Shown here: in pieces, positions 13,090-25,413 of the stretch | Position numbering within the stretch: position 1 is the first letter of the stretch | Layout: each line of letters begins with the position of its first letter | Assembly (NCBI GenBank): GCA_905178155.1 | Contig: CAJINV010000005.1 | Span: 3,947,556 to 4,011,555 of the forward strand | Length of the DNA: 64,000 bases | Direction of reading: 5' to 3' | Source: Amoebophrya sp. A120 | Lineage: Eukaryota > Protista > Dinoflagellata | The notes under the pieces: generated by a model | Database searches by the model: none | The model's input: the letters and a program-made list of their open reading frames with translations, nothing else | What the model was told of the DNA's origin: nothing | Program-made: the position numbers and the translations under genes

Positions 13090-15807
13090 TCACTCCTGCC
13101 TCGTCTTCTCTTTTTTTTCAAACAACATGATCGTACAAAAATGCATCCTGGCAAGCTCCAGAGTGGATGAAAAGGATATAGTACCTGGCTGCATCTGGTG
13201 CGGTGTATTAGATTGCCCGTTGCTGTTTTGCAATACGGGGGGCGGGGTTCCGCTCTGAATCATGGCCATCAGCTGGTTGACCAAGGACTGTTGAGAGCTA
13301 CCGAGATTTGTTGGGTGGCTGCTATTCGGATCCATCCCACAACTCCCGTTCTGCTGCGCGCCCTTGCTGCCGGCAACGCAGCCCGGCACTCCGGTCCCCG
13401 GGGGTTGCTGCGGGCCACAGCTTCCCACAAGATTGCTGTTCGACGCGGTGGTAGACAGGGACACCAGCGGTGGGGGCGTCAGCACCGTGGACAAATGATT
13501 GTTTCCGCTGGTGTTGTTCATGATCACATTGCTCGGCTGCTGCTGGTGCTGCTGCTGGCCGCCAGTGGCGCAGCCTCCAGCTTGGCCACCGGGGAGCGGC
13601 GCCGGAAACTGCAGCTGGTGGTTCGCAGACGTGTTTTATTGTGAGGAAATATCCCCCCACCCCATATCAAAACGAAGTTTCTGATGCTGGATTTGAGTAC
13701 ACAAATCAGGTTTGTCTTGCAGAAAGTGCTTGGCGGCAATTTCTGAGCCTGTTTGGGTATGCAGAGGGGTAGTAATTACGCATGGAAAACAGGTTTGCAG
13801 TAGCCGAAAGCGCATGACAGATTGGCTTTGGAATGCGCCACATGGCTCCCATTGCCCTATAGGCAAGACAAAGACGATTTGTGACCACAAACCAGCATCA
13901 CAAGTTTTCATTTTGATATGGGGAGGGGGGATTTTTCCTCACAATATGTTTGTCGTCGACGTGGTTCCGTTGAAAGTCGACGACCTGGTTGACAACTGAA
14001 AAACCGGAGTCGAAGCGGACACGTGGTCCTGCTGCATCTGCTGCTGCATTTGGAGTTGATCCAAAAGCTGCAGCGGCAGCTGCTGGCTCTGCTCCACCTG
14101 CAGTGCGTTAGAAGTACTCTGCGAATGCTGCTGACCTGCCAGCTGCTGCTGCGAAGCAGAAGTGACCAAGCCGCTCGTCGTCCCACTTGATGAGGGGAGA
14201 GGAGGAGTGGCGGCGGTCCCCGCGGTGATTAGATTCGCGGTACTAGAGGTATTATTGCTCGCTCCACCACCTCCCCCACAGCCACTGAAAAGCTGCATGC
14301 TGCTCGGGCCGACGAGCTGCTCCAAGAAGGTCGGAAGCGAGGCTGCATGATTCGGTTGCCCGAGTTGTGGCTGTTGCAAGGACTGCGATGAACTGGGGAT
14401 GTTGGACAGGAGATTCATGCTTGTTCCCGGTTGCGCTTGCGCAGATGAGTTGTGCGGCTGAGGAAATAAGTTGAAGCTATCTTGTTGTACTCCCTGTTGC
14501 GGCGCCGGTTGCGAGGACAAAAGGTGATGCTGGAAAAGTTGCTGCCCAACGCCGGGCCCTCCTCCGAGAGGCTGGTCAAGAAAGGCAGGCAACGTGGGGG
14601 GTGGAGTATTGGAATGCACCACCGGCTGCGGTGGCGCGCCGGGGACCACCTGCTGTGAGGCTCCGTTCAATGACCCAACTCCCTGGATGCTGCTGCCATT
14701 CAAGAACCCTTGCTCCAACAGGAGCGGAGACTGTTGTTGTAACAGAGGCGGAAGATGATGCTGCTGGTTGTTTTGTTGATTTTGCGCGTGCATCTGCGGC
14801 GCCCCGGACGACGCGCCTTGCAGCTGCTGTAGGATTTGGTCTTGGTACACTTGCCGCGACAAGATCTCGGTCTGTAGCTGTTGCTTGAAAGAATCAAGTT
14901 CTTCGCGCGAGCGAAAGTTCATCGACATCAACAGTTCCGGAGGAATGGCGCCGCTCCCGGGATGACCGCCTGAAGACCCCGTTGCAGGAGCCAACTGGGA
15001 GACGCTGTTTTGCCCGACGAGATTTTCGAGGATTTGATTGGACCCCCCGAGGCTCCCGCCGGTCAAGTTGGAGAGCTGCTGCCGCAGTTGGTTCCCGGTC
15101 AGTTGCTGGAGCGACGCCTGCGAAAACTGGTTGGGCGCGGTCTGATCGAGAACGAAAAAGTTACCGCTTGATCCGCCGTCGCCAACTTCGGGCTGCGAAA
15201 GCTGCCCAACCATATTATGGCTGTGCTGCTGCATCGCATGCAATTGGGATGTGTTCCCGCTGTGGCCCCCTGGTAAGACCAGCTCTGGTTGCTGCTGCAG
15301 CTGCATCACCTCTCGATAAAGGTGCTCGGGGGAAGGCTCCACGGGCCAGGTCAAATTTTGCTGGTTCAGGTGCTGTGGCGGGCCGGATTGATGAGAGCTT
15401 GACTGCGGTTGAGGAGGCAGGTGGACAAACGGGTCTCCATGTGGTCCATGGTTTATGTTTTGTTGCTGCGGTAAAAATCCCGCCGCCCCGATCAGGTTGT
15501 CGTTGTAATTACTGTTCTGGAGGTTCATGTTGTCCACCATAGGATCAAAGAACTCAGTCTGGTGGAGCTGGTTAAAACTTCCATGGTGGTCGCCCATGCT
15601 GTGAGGACCGAGGGAATGGTTGTGGTTGTGGTACTTGCGACCTCCCTTGTTGCGCATTGGAATATCGTCATCGATGCGGAAGGGCGCGAGGCTCCGTACC
15701 TGATTTTTTGATGACCCTTGTACTTCTTTTTGTTCGAAAAAAAAAGAATGGTTCTGGGCACAATTGCAACTGGTTTGCGAACGTGGAAACAAAGGCAAAG
15801 CAGTCAC
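13090..15807 (-). CDS. Q/G/S/P-rich low-complexity protein region (possibly the C-terminal part of the CSD gene)
   Basis: ORFs 13939-15807 and 13090-13527 join in frame (TSTTN|TSANHQLQ) after removal of introner 13637-13946. Confidence 0.6.
13637..13946. mobile_element. Introner family C
   Basis: TIR TATTGTGAGGAAATATCCCCCCACCCCATATCAAAA and its reverse complement; TSD TGTTT (13632-36, 13947-51). Confidence 0.92.
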
Positions 15808-15955
15808 AGCTACTGAAATTCCATGATGCAGCTTATGTCTATGCGATTACATTTTTGAAATTGTACCGGCTTCGGCGGCGGCGGCAATGGCGGAGGACGA
15901 TCGGCCATAGAAACGTCGTGAGAAGCATGCACATGATGACCTGAATGAAAAATTA

Positions 15956-16060
15956 ACCGGGAGCCGATAAATCTGTGCCCCTTTCATACATTCCGTTTCA
16001 GACATCAATTAACAAACTGGGAGCCGATAAATCTGTGCGCCTTTCATAAATTCCATTTGA
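15956..16060 (+). repeat. ~45-bp imperfect direct repeat pair
   Basis: GGGAGCCGATAAATCTGTGC.CCTTTCATA.ATTCC occurs twice, 60 bp apart. Confidence 0.75.
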
Positions 16061-16434
16061 GCCATTTGGTTGGTCTTCGTGGTCTGTTAGTTCCTCTACC
16101 CAAAGTAGAAGCGCCTACATTTTGTCACTACATTGTACCTCCATGGTAGTTGTTCCGCCCACCAGCACCAGCAGCCGCGCGTGAGAAGTCTGCATCTTTA
16201 CTCGCTTTGTTGCTCCGGTAGCTGCCACGACGGCCGTTGTTGCGGGTGCCCTGCCCTGCGCCTGCAGTTGGTTCATTTTTGTTTTCTGTTCCACGGTACT
16301 AAGGGTGTCACGGTAGGCGTACTACAGTAGTACTTTTACTAATTTTTAGTTTGCAATGACCGAACTCGTTCGAGCGGAAGAGGAGCGGGCTTCATTTTGT
16401 TCTCCTGACCCTAACCCAAAGTCATGAAAATGAC

Positions 16435-17403
16435 TTATTGGAGTTGAGTGTAGTCCCGAGAATCAACTGCTAATACCAAGCAGATGAGTGCACAGTTGAA
16501 AAGCCTACCATGCTGTTTGTTGTCCACCGCCACACTCGACAACTTTTTGTCGACCGACGCGATCGTGGACGGTCGCCGGCTGTTGGCGTTGCGCAGGGGA
16601 GCGGGACCCGCGCCCGGTGGGCGGGGCGGCAACGCGCGCTGCTCGTTGTCCTCATCCCACCGCCATTCCGCAAATTCCTGGTGGTCGAGCATTTTCCGCA
16701 CCGGCTGGACCGCCTGGAGGGACGTTGCGTGATTCACATGGTCCTTGCTCCCCATGGTCCTCGCACTTTTGTTTTCCAGCAAAGCCGCGTCGCGGACGAG
16801 ATTGCGGTTGCTGTGATTGGTCGATCCCTGATCCCGGAGGGGGCCGTGAGAGTGCAGCGGTTGATGCGCGTGAAAGTCGTTGTCGTACAGGTGCACGTTG
16901 CGGTGGTCCACGCGCTCCCCGTACACGTCAAACGCGCCCCCAGTCCCGCCGCGCACATTGTACGCCACCATCTTGCCGGACCGCTCGTCCGGCTGGATTT
17001 CGTACGTGACCTCGTCCCCGCGGGCCAGGGGGCGCCCGATCACGCGGTTCGCGTGGACAAACACGTCTGTGCCGTCCTCCTGCATGATGAAGCCGTACTT
17101 CTGCGTGACCATGAAGAACTTTACCTGGCCCTTGTACACCTTGCTCCGCGGTTGCGCCGGCCGGTGCGGTGTTGCAGCTTTCTCCTCTGCTGCTGGTTCC
17201 ACTGCGGCAACATGGGTGGTTGTTTTGACGTCGGGCAGCTTCGATACACTAGTATTTTCGTCCTCCACATCAGCAGCTCTAGTAGGGACAGAAGCTGCAG
17301 CACACGGCGAAGACTGCGATGAATCCAGCTGCATACTCTGCGACGCAACGGGCTGCAACGCCGCCACCTCCTCTGAAAAAATCGCCATTACGGCGTGCGT
17401 CAA
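16435..17403 (-). CDS. Cold-shock domain (CSD) protein exon
   Basis: YKGQVKFFMVTQKYGFIMQEDGTDVFVHANRV...LARGDEVTYEI...GKMVAYNVRGGTG, with RNP1/RNP2 motifs. Confidence 0.88.
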   Translation of the reverse strand: MTHAVMAIFSEEVAALQPVASQSMQLDSSQSSPCAAASVPTRAADVEDENTSVSKLPDVKTTTHVAAVEPAAEEKAATPHRPAQPRSKVYKGQVKFFMVTQKYGFIMQEDGTDVFVHANRVIGRPLARGDEVTYEIQPDERSGKMVAYNVRGGTGGAFDVYGERVDHRNVHLYDNDFHAHQPLHSHGPLRDQGSTNHSNRNLVRDAALLENKSARTMGSKDHVNHATSLQAVQPVRKMLDHQEFAEWRWDEDNEQRALPPRPPGAGPAPLRNANSRRPSTIASVDKKLSSVAVDNKQHGRLFNCALICLVLAVDSRDYTQLQ

Positions 17404-17850
17404 GAGGCGCGTGCGTCGGGCGTAAGAGATCGGTAAACCCGGCCCACCTTTCGAACTTCTGTCCGCTGTTTCGTTCGATTAATTCTGTGTGACTACCAAA
17501 AATTGACTACCTACGCAAAACGACCACCAGACATGGTCGCTGTACATCAGCCAAATTATTGCAACAAAACTAGACCCGTAATCTTTCGAATTTTTTTTCA
17601 TGAGGAAAAAGATCTCGTAGCTTCAACAGGCAAGTTTCTACTACTACTTTTTTAACTTTATGTCAGTCTTCGCTCTTTTTAATTTTTTCTCATTTGGATG
17701 CCTTTCATCGTTTTGTTCCCTCTTGCGCTCATCGCCTGAGATGAAGAACCCAAGTGGTTGTAAAACCAGGCATCGGAGGTGGAGGAAAAAGGCAATGAAA
17801 CAGTAGAGGCCCCTTCGCGCATGCATTGGCTTCCGCACAACGGAATCAGC

Positions 17851-19789
17851 TAGAAGCGGCGATGGGGAACAGTATGGGAACATTAATTTCTACGATCGAC
17901 CGATAAGGTGTAGTTCATGTGGGCTGACTAGAGCTCAGTGTGCACATGGTCGATGACCACGCGCCGAGGACGAGCACTGGAAACACAGGACGCGCGAACA
18001 GCTGCGCTGTGTAATTACGCGGGACTTTGGGCGCTGCCTTCAACATCTGATCATGACCCGCCGGGTGCGGATCGCGCGCCATGCAACTCGCGCGGGGCGA
18101 GTGCGGGCACGGCGTGCGTGCGCACGAGGGGACTCAGGGTATCTCCCGGTCGCCGCGTTTCAAAGTACCCAAGCAATCGCCGAGGGCGTCGGCCATCATT
18201 AGCACCGCTCGCGCCAGACGGGCGCCATAGCGCCGGCCATTGCCGGCTTTCGGAGGAGTCAAACCACTGCCGGCTTTCGGAGGAGGGCAAGCGCCAGGCG
18301 GGGGCGCGTGCCGAGCCCCCCGCCACTGTAGACGGAGCTGGCCCACCCATACACCGGGAGGGGGGGCGCGGGGCACTTCGCTCGCAATGGTGTTCCGGGA
18401 TTGCGCCGGGGGGGATGGATGCTGGCGCATGTTCGGCAAAGCCACAAGCTGCTGGCCGCCAAAGGAGTCGAGCAGCCCCTGACGCTATGGGCCACGCGCG
18501 ACACGTTTGCCACATTCACGGCCGCTACTGCAGCTACTTCGTCGCATGAGGTGGGTTCGATCGGGATGTAGGGCCCACTTCCCTGCGGTTTCCAATCGCT
18601 GGCGCGGTGTTCTTCATCAAGATCTACTGGCATTTGCTCCGCCGGCAGCTGCAACACCGACCGGAGGGCGGGGCCCGGCCGAAGTTGCTGCCGCAACAGA
18701 AGCTCAGGGCTCCCGCGGGGGATTCCACGTCGCCGCGCCGGAGAGAATCCGCACGAAGGGCCCCCCAAATCTGTTTCCACAATTCCACCGCCCGAACCAC
18801 CAGGGCAGGCGTCGCACGTTATGCCACTGCCTGCAGGAAATGGCACGGAATGCCCCAAGGGGGCGCGCTCCCGCCCCTGCTTCGATTTTGCTGGGCACAA
18901 ACGAAGCCCATAGCAGGGCCGCAACAAGACTCGCGGGGCCCAAAGCCGCACTTCCCCGGGCTCTTCCCTCCGAGACGCTTCCAGCAAAGGGAAGGGCCGG
19001 GCCGCGCGGTCGAAGACCATTCGCCACGCTTGTTCAGTAGCTCCGGCAACCCTGCGCGGGCGCAGCAAGGCAATGCGCGCGCGCATTTCCCCTATCCAGG
19101 GCGCCGGCTGCCGTGCGGCGGCCTCTGGCGCCAGTCCCTCCCCATTCGGCCAGACAAGAAACTGAAGAGCGCCGCCCCACGTTGCACGAAAGAAAACTGC
19201 CGGCGCCCGGTTTGTAATTCATTACAGTCAGCGCACCGCCCCACGAAGGCGCCCGACTTGTAGCCGCACTGCGTAGGACGCATGCCATGCGTCCACATCT
19301 TTAGCCCAATAGGGGGCGGCCTGGCCCGTCCCCCGCATGAAGACTTCAGCCGCCGGCGATGATATCCACCACATGCCGCCGGGGCATGTCCCCGCAGGGG
19401 GGCAGGCCGCCACCCTGGTGCTGCCTGTGCAGGAGCATGGGGGCGTCTCCGCGAACCCTGGCGGGCATGCCGTCCGCCTCGGCGAGTTCATCTAGGTCCC
19501 CAAGGTTGTCGCCATATAATGGCGCGCCGGCTACATGGCGCGCGCCCCGGAGGAATGTGCCCGCGCACTGTTCGCCAGGTGTGGCGCACCGGTTCCCCCG
19601 GTGCGGCGCACCAGGTGGCCGCTAAGATGGGCGCCTCCACGGTCGGCGGAGGTGGCGCCGGCCCTGGGGCGGGGATTTCGCCCGCCGATAAGTAGACTAC
19701 GCAGGCGGCAACTTCCTGTCTTGCGGCCAAGAAGGGCGCTGCCAGCGCTTTAGCCGGTAGAAGCGGCGACGGGGAACAGAATGGGAACA
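17851..19789 (+). mobile_element. Decayed non-LTR (LINE-like) reverse transcriptase fragment between 32-bp direct repeats
   Basis: Ordered, frameshifted RT motifs on +: GQAPGGG (~18285), LAMVFRDC...KATSCWPPK, QPLTLWATRDTFA, VLHQDLLAF, GMPQGGALPPLL (18847-18882), AVED and LPIRPDK. Direct repeats at 17851-17882 and 19758-19789. Confidence 0.7.
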
Positions 19790-20281
19790 GTATAGCAGGC
19801 CGTTCAGTCCTGTGCTCTAGCTCCTTTCCGCCACCGGAAGATGAAGCCTATTCAAGTTGCTTCGTGGCCCTACTTGAAGTGGAAGCCTGCAACTGTCGTA
19901 ATGGAATCTTTACAAAGGAGTTCTGGTTATAAAAAGGTAGCGGTTCGTTCTTCATCTTACAAGAAACTCAATATTTTTGGACGCAAGTGGAGTACATCGC
20001 CGATTTGAAACTTGTACAATGGGGGCAAGAAGACGCACCTGATATCAATAATTGCAAGCACAGGAAATGAAGCGATCAAGAAGTGCCAGACTTGATGAAT
20101 AACGAGAGGCAAGCCATTGCCATTTTTGCTTTCACAATTTTATTCGAAAGACAAGCTTTTTAGTCCTCCTTTGACTACTAGATCGTTAAACTGCACGTCG
20201 CAGTTCGACAGTGTATTGTGGGGGTTGAAGTAATGACTGCCGTACAGGAGAAAACTATCATCACTGAATTCATCGGAAACC

Positions 20282-22346
20282 TTATTTCCCGACGACGTCC
20301 CACGAGAGCGATTCGTTTTGGTAGATCCTGCGCAAGCCATCCGCCACGAGAACGGCAATGCTTGCGATCTTGATGTTCTTGACCTTGTGTCGCCCGTCGT
20401 CGCCGTTGATGGTGTCCGTTACCACCAGCTCCTCCAGCACACTGTTCTTGATCTTTTCCAGCGCGTTTTCTGACAACACGCCGTGAGTGACAAACGCGTA
20501 AATGCGGCGGGCGCCGTGCTTTTTCAGGTTCGCGGCGGCCTCGCAGAGCGTGCCGGCGGTGTCCACCAAGTCGTCGACGATGATAACGTCCCGGTCCCGC
20601 ACATCACCGACCAAATCCATGGAAGCAACCTCCCCTGGCCGTATCCTCTGCTTCGATATCATGGCCAACTTGCAGTCTTCCACGCCATACTTCATCAGCT
20701 TCGACTGGAACTGCCGTGCGCGATCGCTGTTTTAACGAGTGATGTGGAGGAACGACGTCAAATCGATATTAAATGTCGAAACGCTTTTGCTGGAAAATGC
20801 AGAGGACAAAGACGCACAACCAGTTTTGAAATGTGATCGTGGACGAGGAAGCGGGTTTGTATACTACTCGCCTGGAAGGAAGATGAAGCAAAAATCGGAG
20901 AAGACCGAAATCCAGAAAAGAAGTCAGCGTCACCAGCGACAACGACGACTTAAACTCCCATCCATGCTAGCATCCTAGTGCGATGTTGAAAAAAGGAATC
21001 TTCAAATGAACAAATTGACCCAGATATTATTACACGCCTCCCGCATCAGGGCTGATCACGCAGACGCGGGGGCCAAGTTTTTGTTCCCGAGCGAAGTATT
21101 CGACGCCGATGCTCATCGCCGACAAGTTGTCGAAGGGGCAGTGGGGGGGGAAGAACCCTTGGATCGCCCCGTTGTGCAGGTCGACGGACAGCACGCGGTC
21201 CGCGCCCATAGCGATAATCATATTGGCGACGTCGGCGGCGGCAATGGGGACACGACTCGAATTCTTGCGGTCCGCTCGCGCGTACCCGTAGTAGGGGATC
21301 ACCGCGGTGATGCGTTTCGCCGAGGCTCTGCGCGCCGTGCTGATCATGAAAAGCAGTTCCACCAAATTTTCGTTCACCGGGGGACACGTCGGCTGAATGA
21401 TGAAAATATCCTTCCCCCGGCAGGACTGCTGGATCTGGATCCGCGTCTCGCCATCCTTAAACCGCGTAACCAGGGCCGGGGCAAGTTCTGTGGTTTTTTT
21501 TTCATCAGGAGTTCTCGAGTACAACTACTTCCCAGAAGTTTATTGGCAACTAAGTAAGTAGTGCTTGTTACCAATACGAATCGTGGTTCGAATCATTGCA
21601 TCCAGTAGTTCGGATTTATTATCATTTACCGATCACAAAGCTGAAGTCTTCTCTGTCTTCGACCGGGGACCTCCAGATAAATTGCAGAATATACCTACGC
21701 CCAGGTGTTTTGCAATCTTTCTTGCGAGGCGCGGGTTTGCATTTCCGGACAGTAACATGAAGTCGCTACTGTCTCGGCTTTCGTCCTTTTTCTGGGGTTT
21801 TTGATTGTAGAAACTTCGGGCCAGCTCCGGCTGGTGCTGCACGCTGGCATCCCACGTAGCTCCTGGCTCCGGGCGGGCCGGAATTTTCGTGCCTGATTTC
21901 CACCGGGGGAACCAGGAGCTGGTATCTTGCTGGCTGCTTGCAGCTCCGGAGCTTGCTGCCCCGCCTCCTGTGGCACCGCCCGCTCCTTCTTCGCACAAAC
22001 ACAGACTGGAGGAGGTCGCGGTAACGGAAGTGCCCAGCACCAAGCCTGCTACGAGTGCGGCCGACAGAAACCCGGTTGCAGGTAGTTCTAGGGTAGTTTG
22101 CGGCGAACTTGAAGATGCACCCGTGCGCTCTCCGGTCGTCCTTGTGCTCGTCGCGAAAGCTCTCGTCCGAAATGCATCACCAGAGTCGATGAATAGTGGC
22201 CGTTTATTAAGTGCAAAAGCAAGCGGGGCGCTACCGGAGTCCCTTGTTCGTGCGGTAAGTCTACTGTTCTTCGCAGTAGTTGCAAGTGGCGCCGCATGTC
22301 TTGACAAGCGTGCCCCCGCGAGCCGGGATGCTCGTGCTGCGATCAT
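20282..22346 (-). CDS. PRS: Ribose-phosphate pyrophosphokinase (PRPP synthetase), 3 exons, with N-terminal transit-peptide-like extension
   Basis: FKDGETRIQI, IPYYGYARADRK, VDLHNGAIQGFF, ISPDAGGV|DRAR and IIVDDLVDTAGTL. GT-AG introns at ~21488-21694 and 20727-21033. Confidence 0.95.
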
Positions 22347-22990
22347 CGTCAGAGGCAAGAGATGAAAACACTTAACCTAAAAAAGGCCGGTGGCACGCAC
22401 ATGCCCACAGCCCTCTCTGCAAATCAACTATGAGCATGACGTGTGACCGGAATAGATCCAGATGAAATCAAAATTTGGTTGGTGCGCAGTGGTAAAAGTG
22501 CAACTTTCTTCCGAAGGTTCGGAGAGTGAATTCTCGCGTTTGGTGTTCTTCTACGAGGCCACAATATTGCTAGTCATTCATAATTGAAGATGTGAATACG
22601 GCAACTCTGCGGCAGTAGATTTCGTGAAAAAAGCCGAGTCAAGTGATATTGAAGCACAGAAAAGACATATGCAAAAGACTTCCATATTTGTACCGATATG
22701 AGCAGCTGCCAAGCATTCCTCCCTATATTAATGTCTCTCCAGTTGATTTTCTTTCGGATTCTTCCAGAGCGAACAAATTTAATTTTTCTCGAGATAAAGG
22801 GTGAAGATTTTTCGTGGTGCGGTCTCGAAAACTGCGCAGCACGGACATTGGTTCTACTCTTAATACCGACCACATTGCAATGTTCATCACGCTGCGTAGC
22901 TTGTAGTTTCTATCATGCGAAAAGAATGCAAATCTGACGAGCCACAAGCCTTTTCAAGTAGTACAACTGCCTCCTACCCCGATTGGCCGG

Positions 22991-25413
22991 CTAGAAGGAT
23001 TCAGACCGGTTGTAATATCGCCAGTAGCAGTCTTCGAGCACCGCGGTCCACACCCCAACCGTGCCCCAGTTGATGCCACGAATCATGCCCTTCCGAAGAC
23101 CGGCCCACAGCGCTCCGCGGAACGGGTCCCGCGCTGCCTCGAGCGCGGCGTTGTAAAGGGAGATGCGGGGCTTGGTGTGCATTAGTGTCTTCACGCGATC
23201 CGGGTAGTTGGTGGCCACTTCCGCAATGGACCCGGTGATAGAACCGGCCATGAACCCAATCCCCATCTTTTGTAACAAGGAAGAGCTACTAGTGCTCGGT
23301 GCGCCGGGCTGTTGCGCTGGCGAGGCCCCCGCTGCGCCCGCGCTAGTCGTGGTAGTAGATGAAGAAGTGCCTCCACCAGCGGCCATGTCCTTGTTCTTCG
23401 CCACTGCCGTCGCGGGGCCGCTGCTAGTCGTGGCGAACATTGGCGCGAGAAGAAACTTGGTGGGGCCGATACTCTGCAGAACGATAGCGTTCGCGAGACT
23501 TTTGCGTACTACGCCGGCAAACACCCCCTTGAAGAAGGCGCGCATGCCGTCAAGCCGGTACAAGTGCTTACTGGCCGCGATGAATGACCGTTCTTGGTGC
23601 GCAATTTGAAAATTCTTCACCACCACTGGAGGCATCGCGAGAAACTCACCCGTGCCTGCAAAGCAAATTGATAATTTGGGTGCATGATACATTCACGTTG
23701 TCTTATCGGCACGAAAAATAGTAATTCATTGTGCTGACCTTCAAGCCGGAGAGTCACTGGGCTGCGAAACAAGAACGGAGTCAATAAGTAAGTACCTGCT
23801 GCCACCATGCTGCCGGCGAATTTCAAGACCTGGCTATCCGTGCGCTTTTTAACTTCCCGCTGGATGTTCTGGTCGATCAGCAAAGTGAGCCCGAATCGCT
23901 GGCCCTGCGCGATCGCGCCCATGGGGAGGCCCAAGACGTAGGTGGACAACGTGTTCGGGGCGCGCGCACCCACCTGCCGCAGTACTTTCGCCACGTCGAG
24001 CCAGTGCGTGGCGGTTGCGCTGGTGATACCCGCGAGACAGCCGGCCGACAATGTCAGTACCTGTTTCGCTTGTTTCGGCAGCGCGGGCCGCACGATTTCG
24101 GAGTCCTCCTTGGTAAGCTTTGTGGCGCCGCTGCGCGTCTTCGCGGTGTACTCAGGGAGCAGCTCTGCTCCCACACCAGGAATCAGAAATGGCGGCTGGT
24201 AGGTGATGGGAAAGGAGGACACTGCGCCCAACCGCTCGAGGAGCGGCACCAGTTGTGGCTCCCTCAGATCGAGGAAGATTTCCGTATCCGCCACGGGCTC
24301 AGTGATCACGCGACTCTTCAAGTCCAACAGCAGCTGGTACCGCTTCTGCTGCTCTGCGCTCGCGCTTTCTGGCAGCGCCACGGGGAACAGGCCGTCGAGG
24401 AGGTCACCTTTGCTTGCCGCGCCTGCGTCGGTGCGTGCTGTCGAGTAAGGAGGAAAAAGGTTCATGTAACTCGCCCAGGAGGAAGTACGTGTAGCCGCCT
24501 GATGTAACTCGCTCGCGTCGCTGGCACTGGGCCTGCTGGACGATGGAAGAGCGTAGTAGACCCAGCTCCGAAACGCGTCGAGCCAGTGTTTACTGGTGCC
24601 CTTAGCAGAAGAAGTGCTGGAAGACGAACCCCCAGCTTGTTCTCTTTCAGCGGAAGAGGACTTTGTGCGCGCCGAACTGAGGTCGAATCCCCGGAGGTAC
24701 TTCTCGATCTTTTCATCCTCATATGACAGTGCACAAACCCCCCTCCTCCTCATTTGTACATGCATGGACAGCAATACAAACACCAACACAGGTGGATGCT
24801 ATGCATGACAAGTTCATACCCTGAGTGTTGTACTGTTTAGACTCCCAAAATTTGTGATGCAGATAGTTCCACAGGGTAGCAACTGGATTTGACACTCTGC
24901 ATGACAAATGAGGGGGAGGGGGAGTTGTGCACTGTGATACCTCACCCGGCTCCTCCTCGATGCAACGCCGGATTTTTCGCAACTGTTTCTGCTGCTTCTC
25001 AAGCAACCGGACGCGGGAGAGCTCCAGGCGGTCGACCTCCTGAAGTAGCAAGTACCTGGTTTTTTTTTCCCATTTTATTTTCATTCAAAAGTCGTCTTGT
25101 GAAATTTCATCCACGCATCTTCATCAGTGTTGGCGCTCGCAGCATGCGCTGAAAGAAGTCGTTTGGTTTCTCGTGACAAAAAATAAACGCAAAAGCGCAT
25201 CAAAATGAAAGTATTATACCGTCTCTTTTCCAGAGCCGTTTCGACGCGATCGCAATGGTCGCGCACCTCATTTCGGGCTTCTTGAATCCTTTTGTTGATC
25301 TCCTGCACACGCACTTCAATGCCCTGCTCCGCGCTTTCAAGCTCGCGCTGCAAGAAGGACTGTAGTCGAAGGATTTCTTTCTCATGCTCAGCCTCGGGTG
25401 CGACGAGAGGCAT
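22991..25413 (-). CDS. Mitochondrial carrier (SLC25) family protein with long N-terminal extension
   Basis: Carrier signature variants THWLDVAKVLRQ, AMPPVVVKNFQ and NYPDRVKTLMH, plus DGMRAFFKG. Upstream coiled-coil exons join in frame across introner 24722-24939 (EEPGE|DEKIEK). The true start is uncertain. Confidence 0.75.
24722..24939. mobile_element. Introner family E
   Basis: TATGACAGTGCACAAACCCCCCTCC ... GGGGAGTTGTGCACTGTGATA; TSD CCTCA. Confidence 0.9.

Noticed and set aside
16056-16070. Dinoflagellate spliced-leader relic
   Set aside because: Only a short partial match (CCAAATGGCTCAA on minus); insufficient.
7038-17425. Long plus-strand ORFs opposite genes
   Set aside because: Antisense shadows of GC-rich coding exons with no recognisable motifs.
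19092-19298. RadA-like zinc ribbon (QCGYKSGAFVGRCADC)
   Set aside because: It lacks the first Cys and any ATPase domain, and lies antisense within the RT fossil; likely chance.
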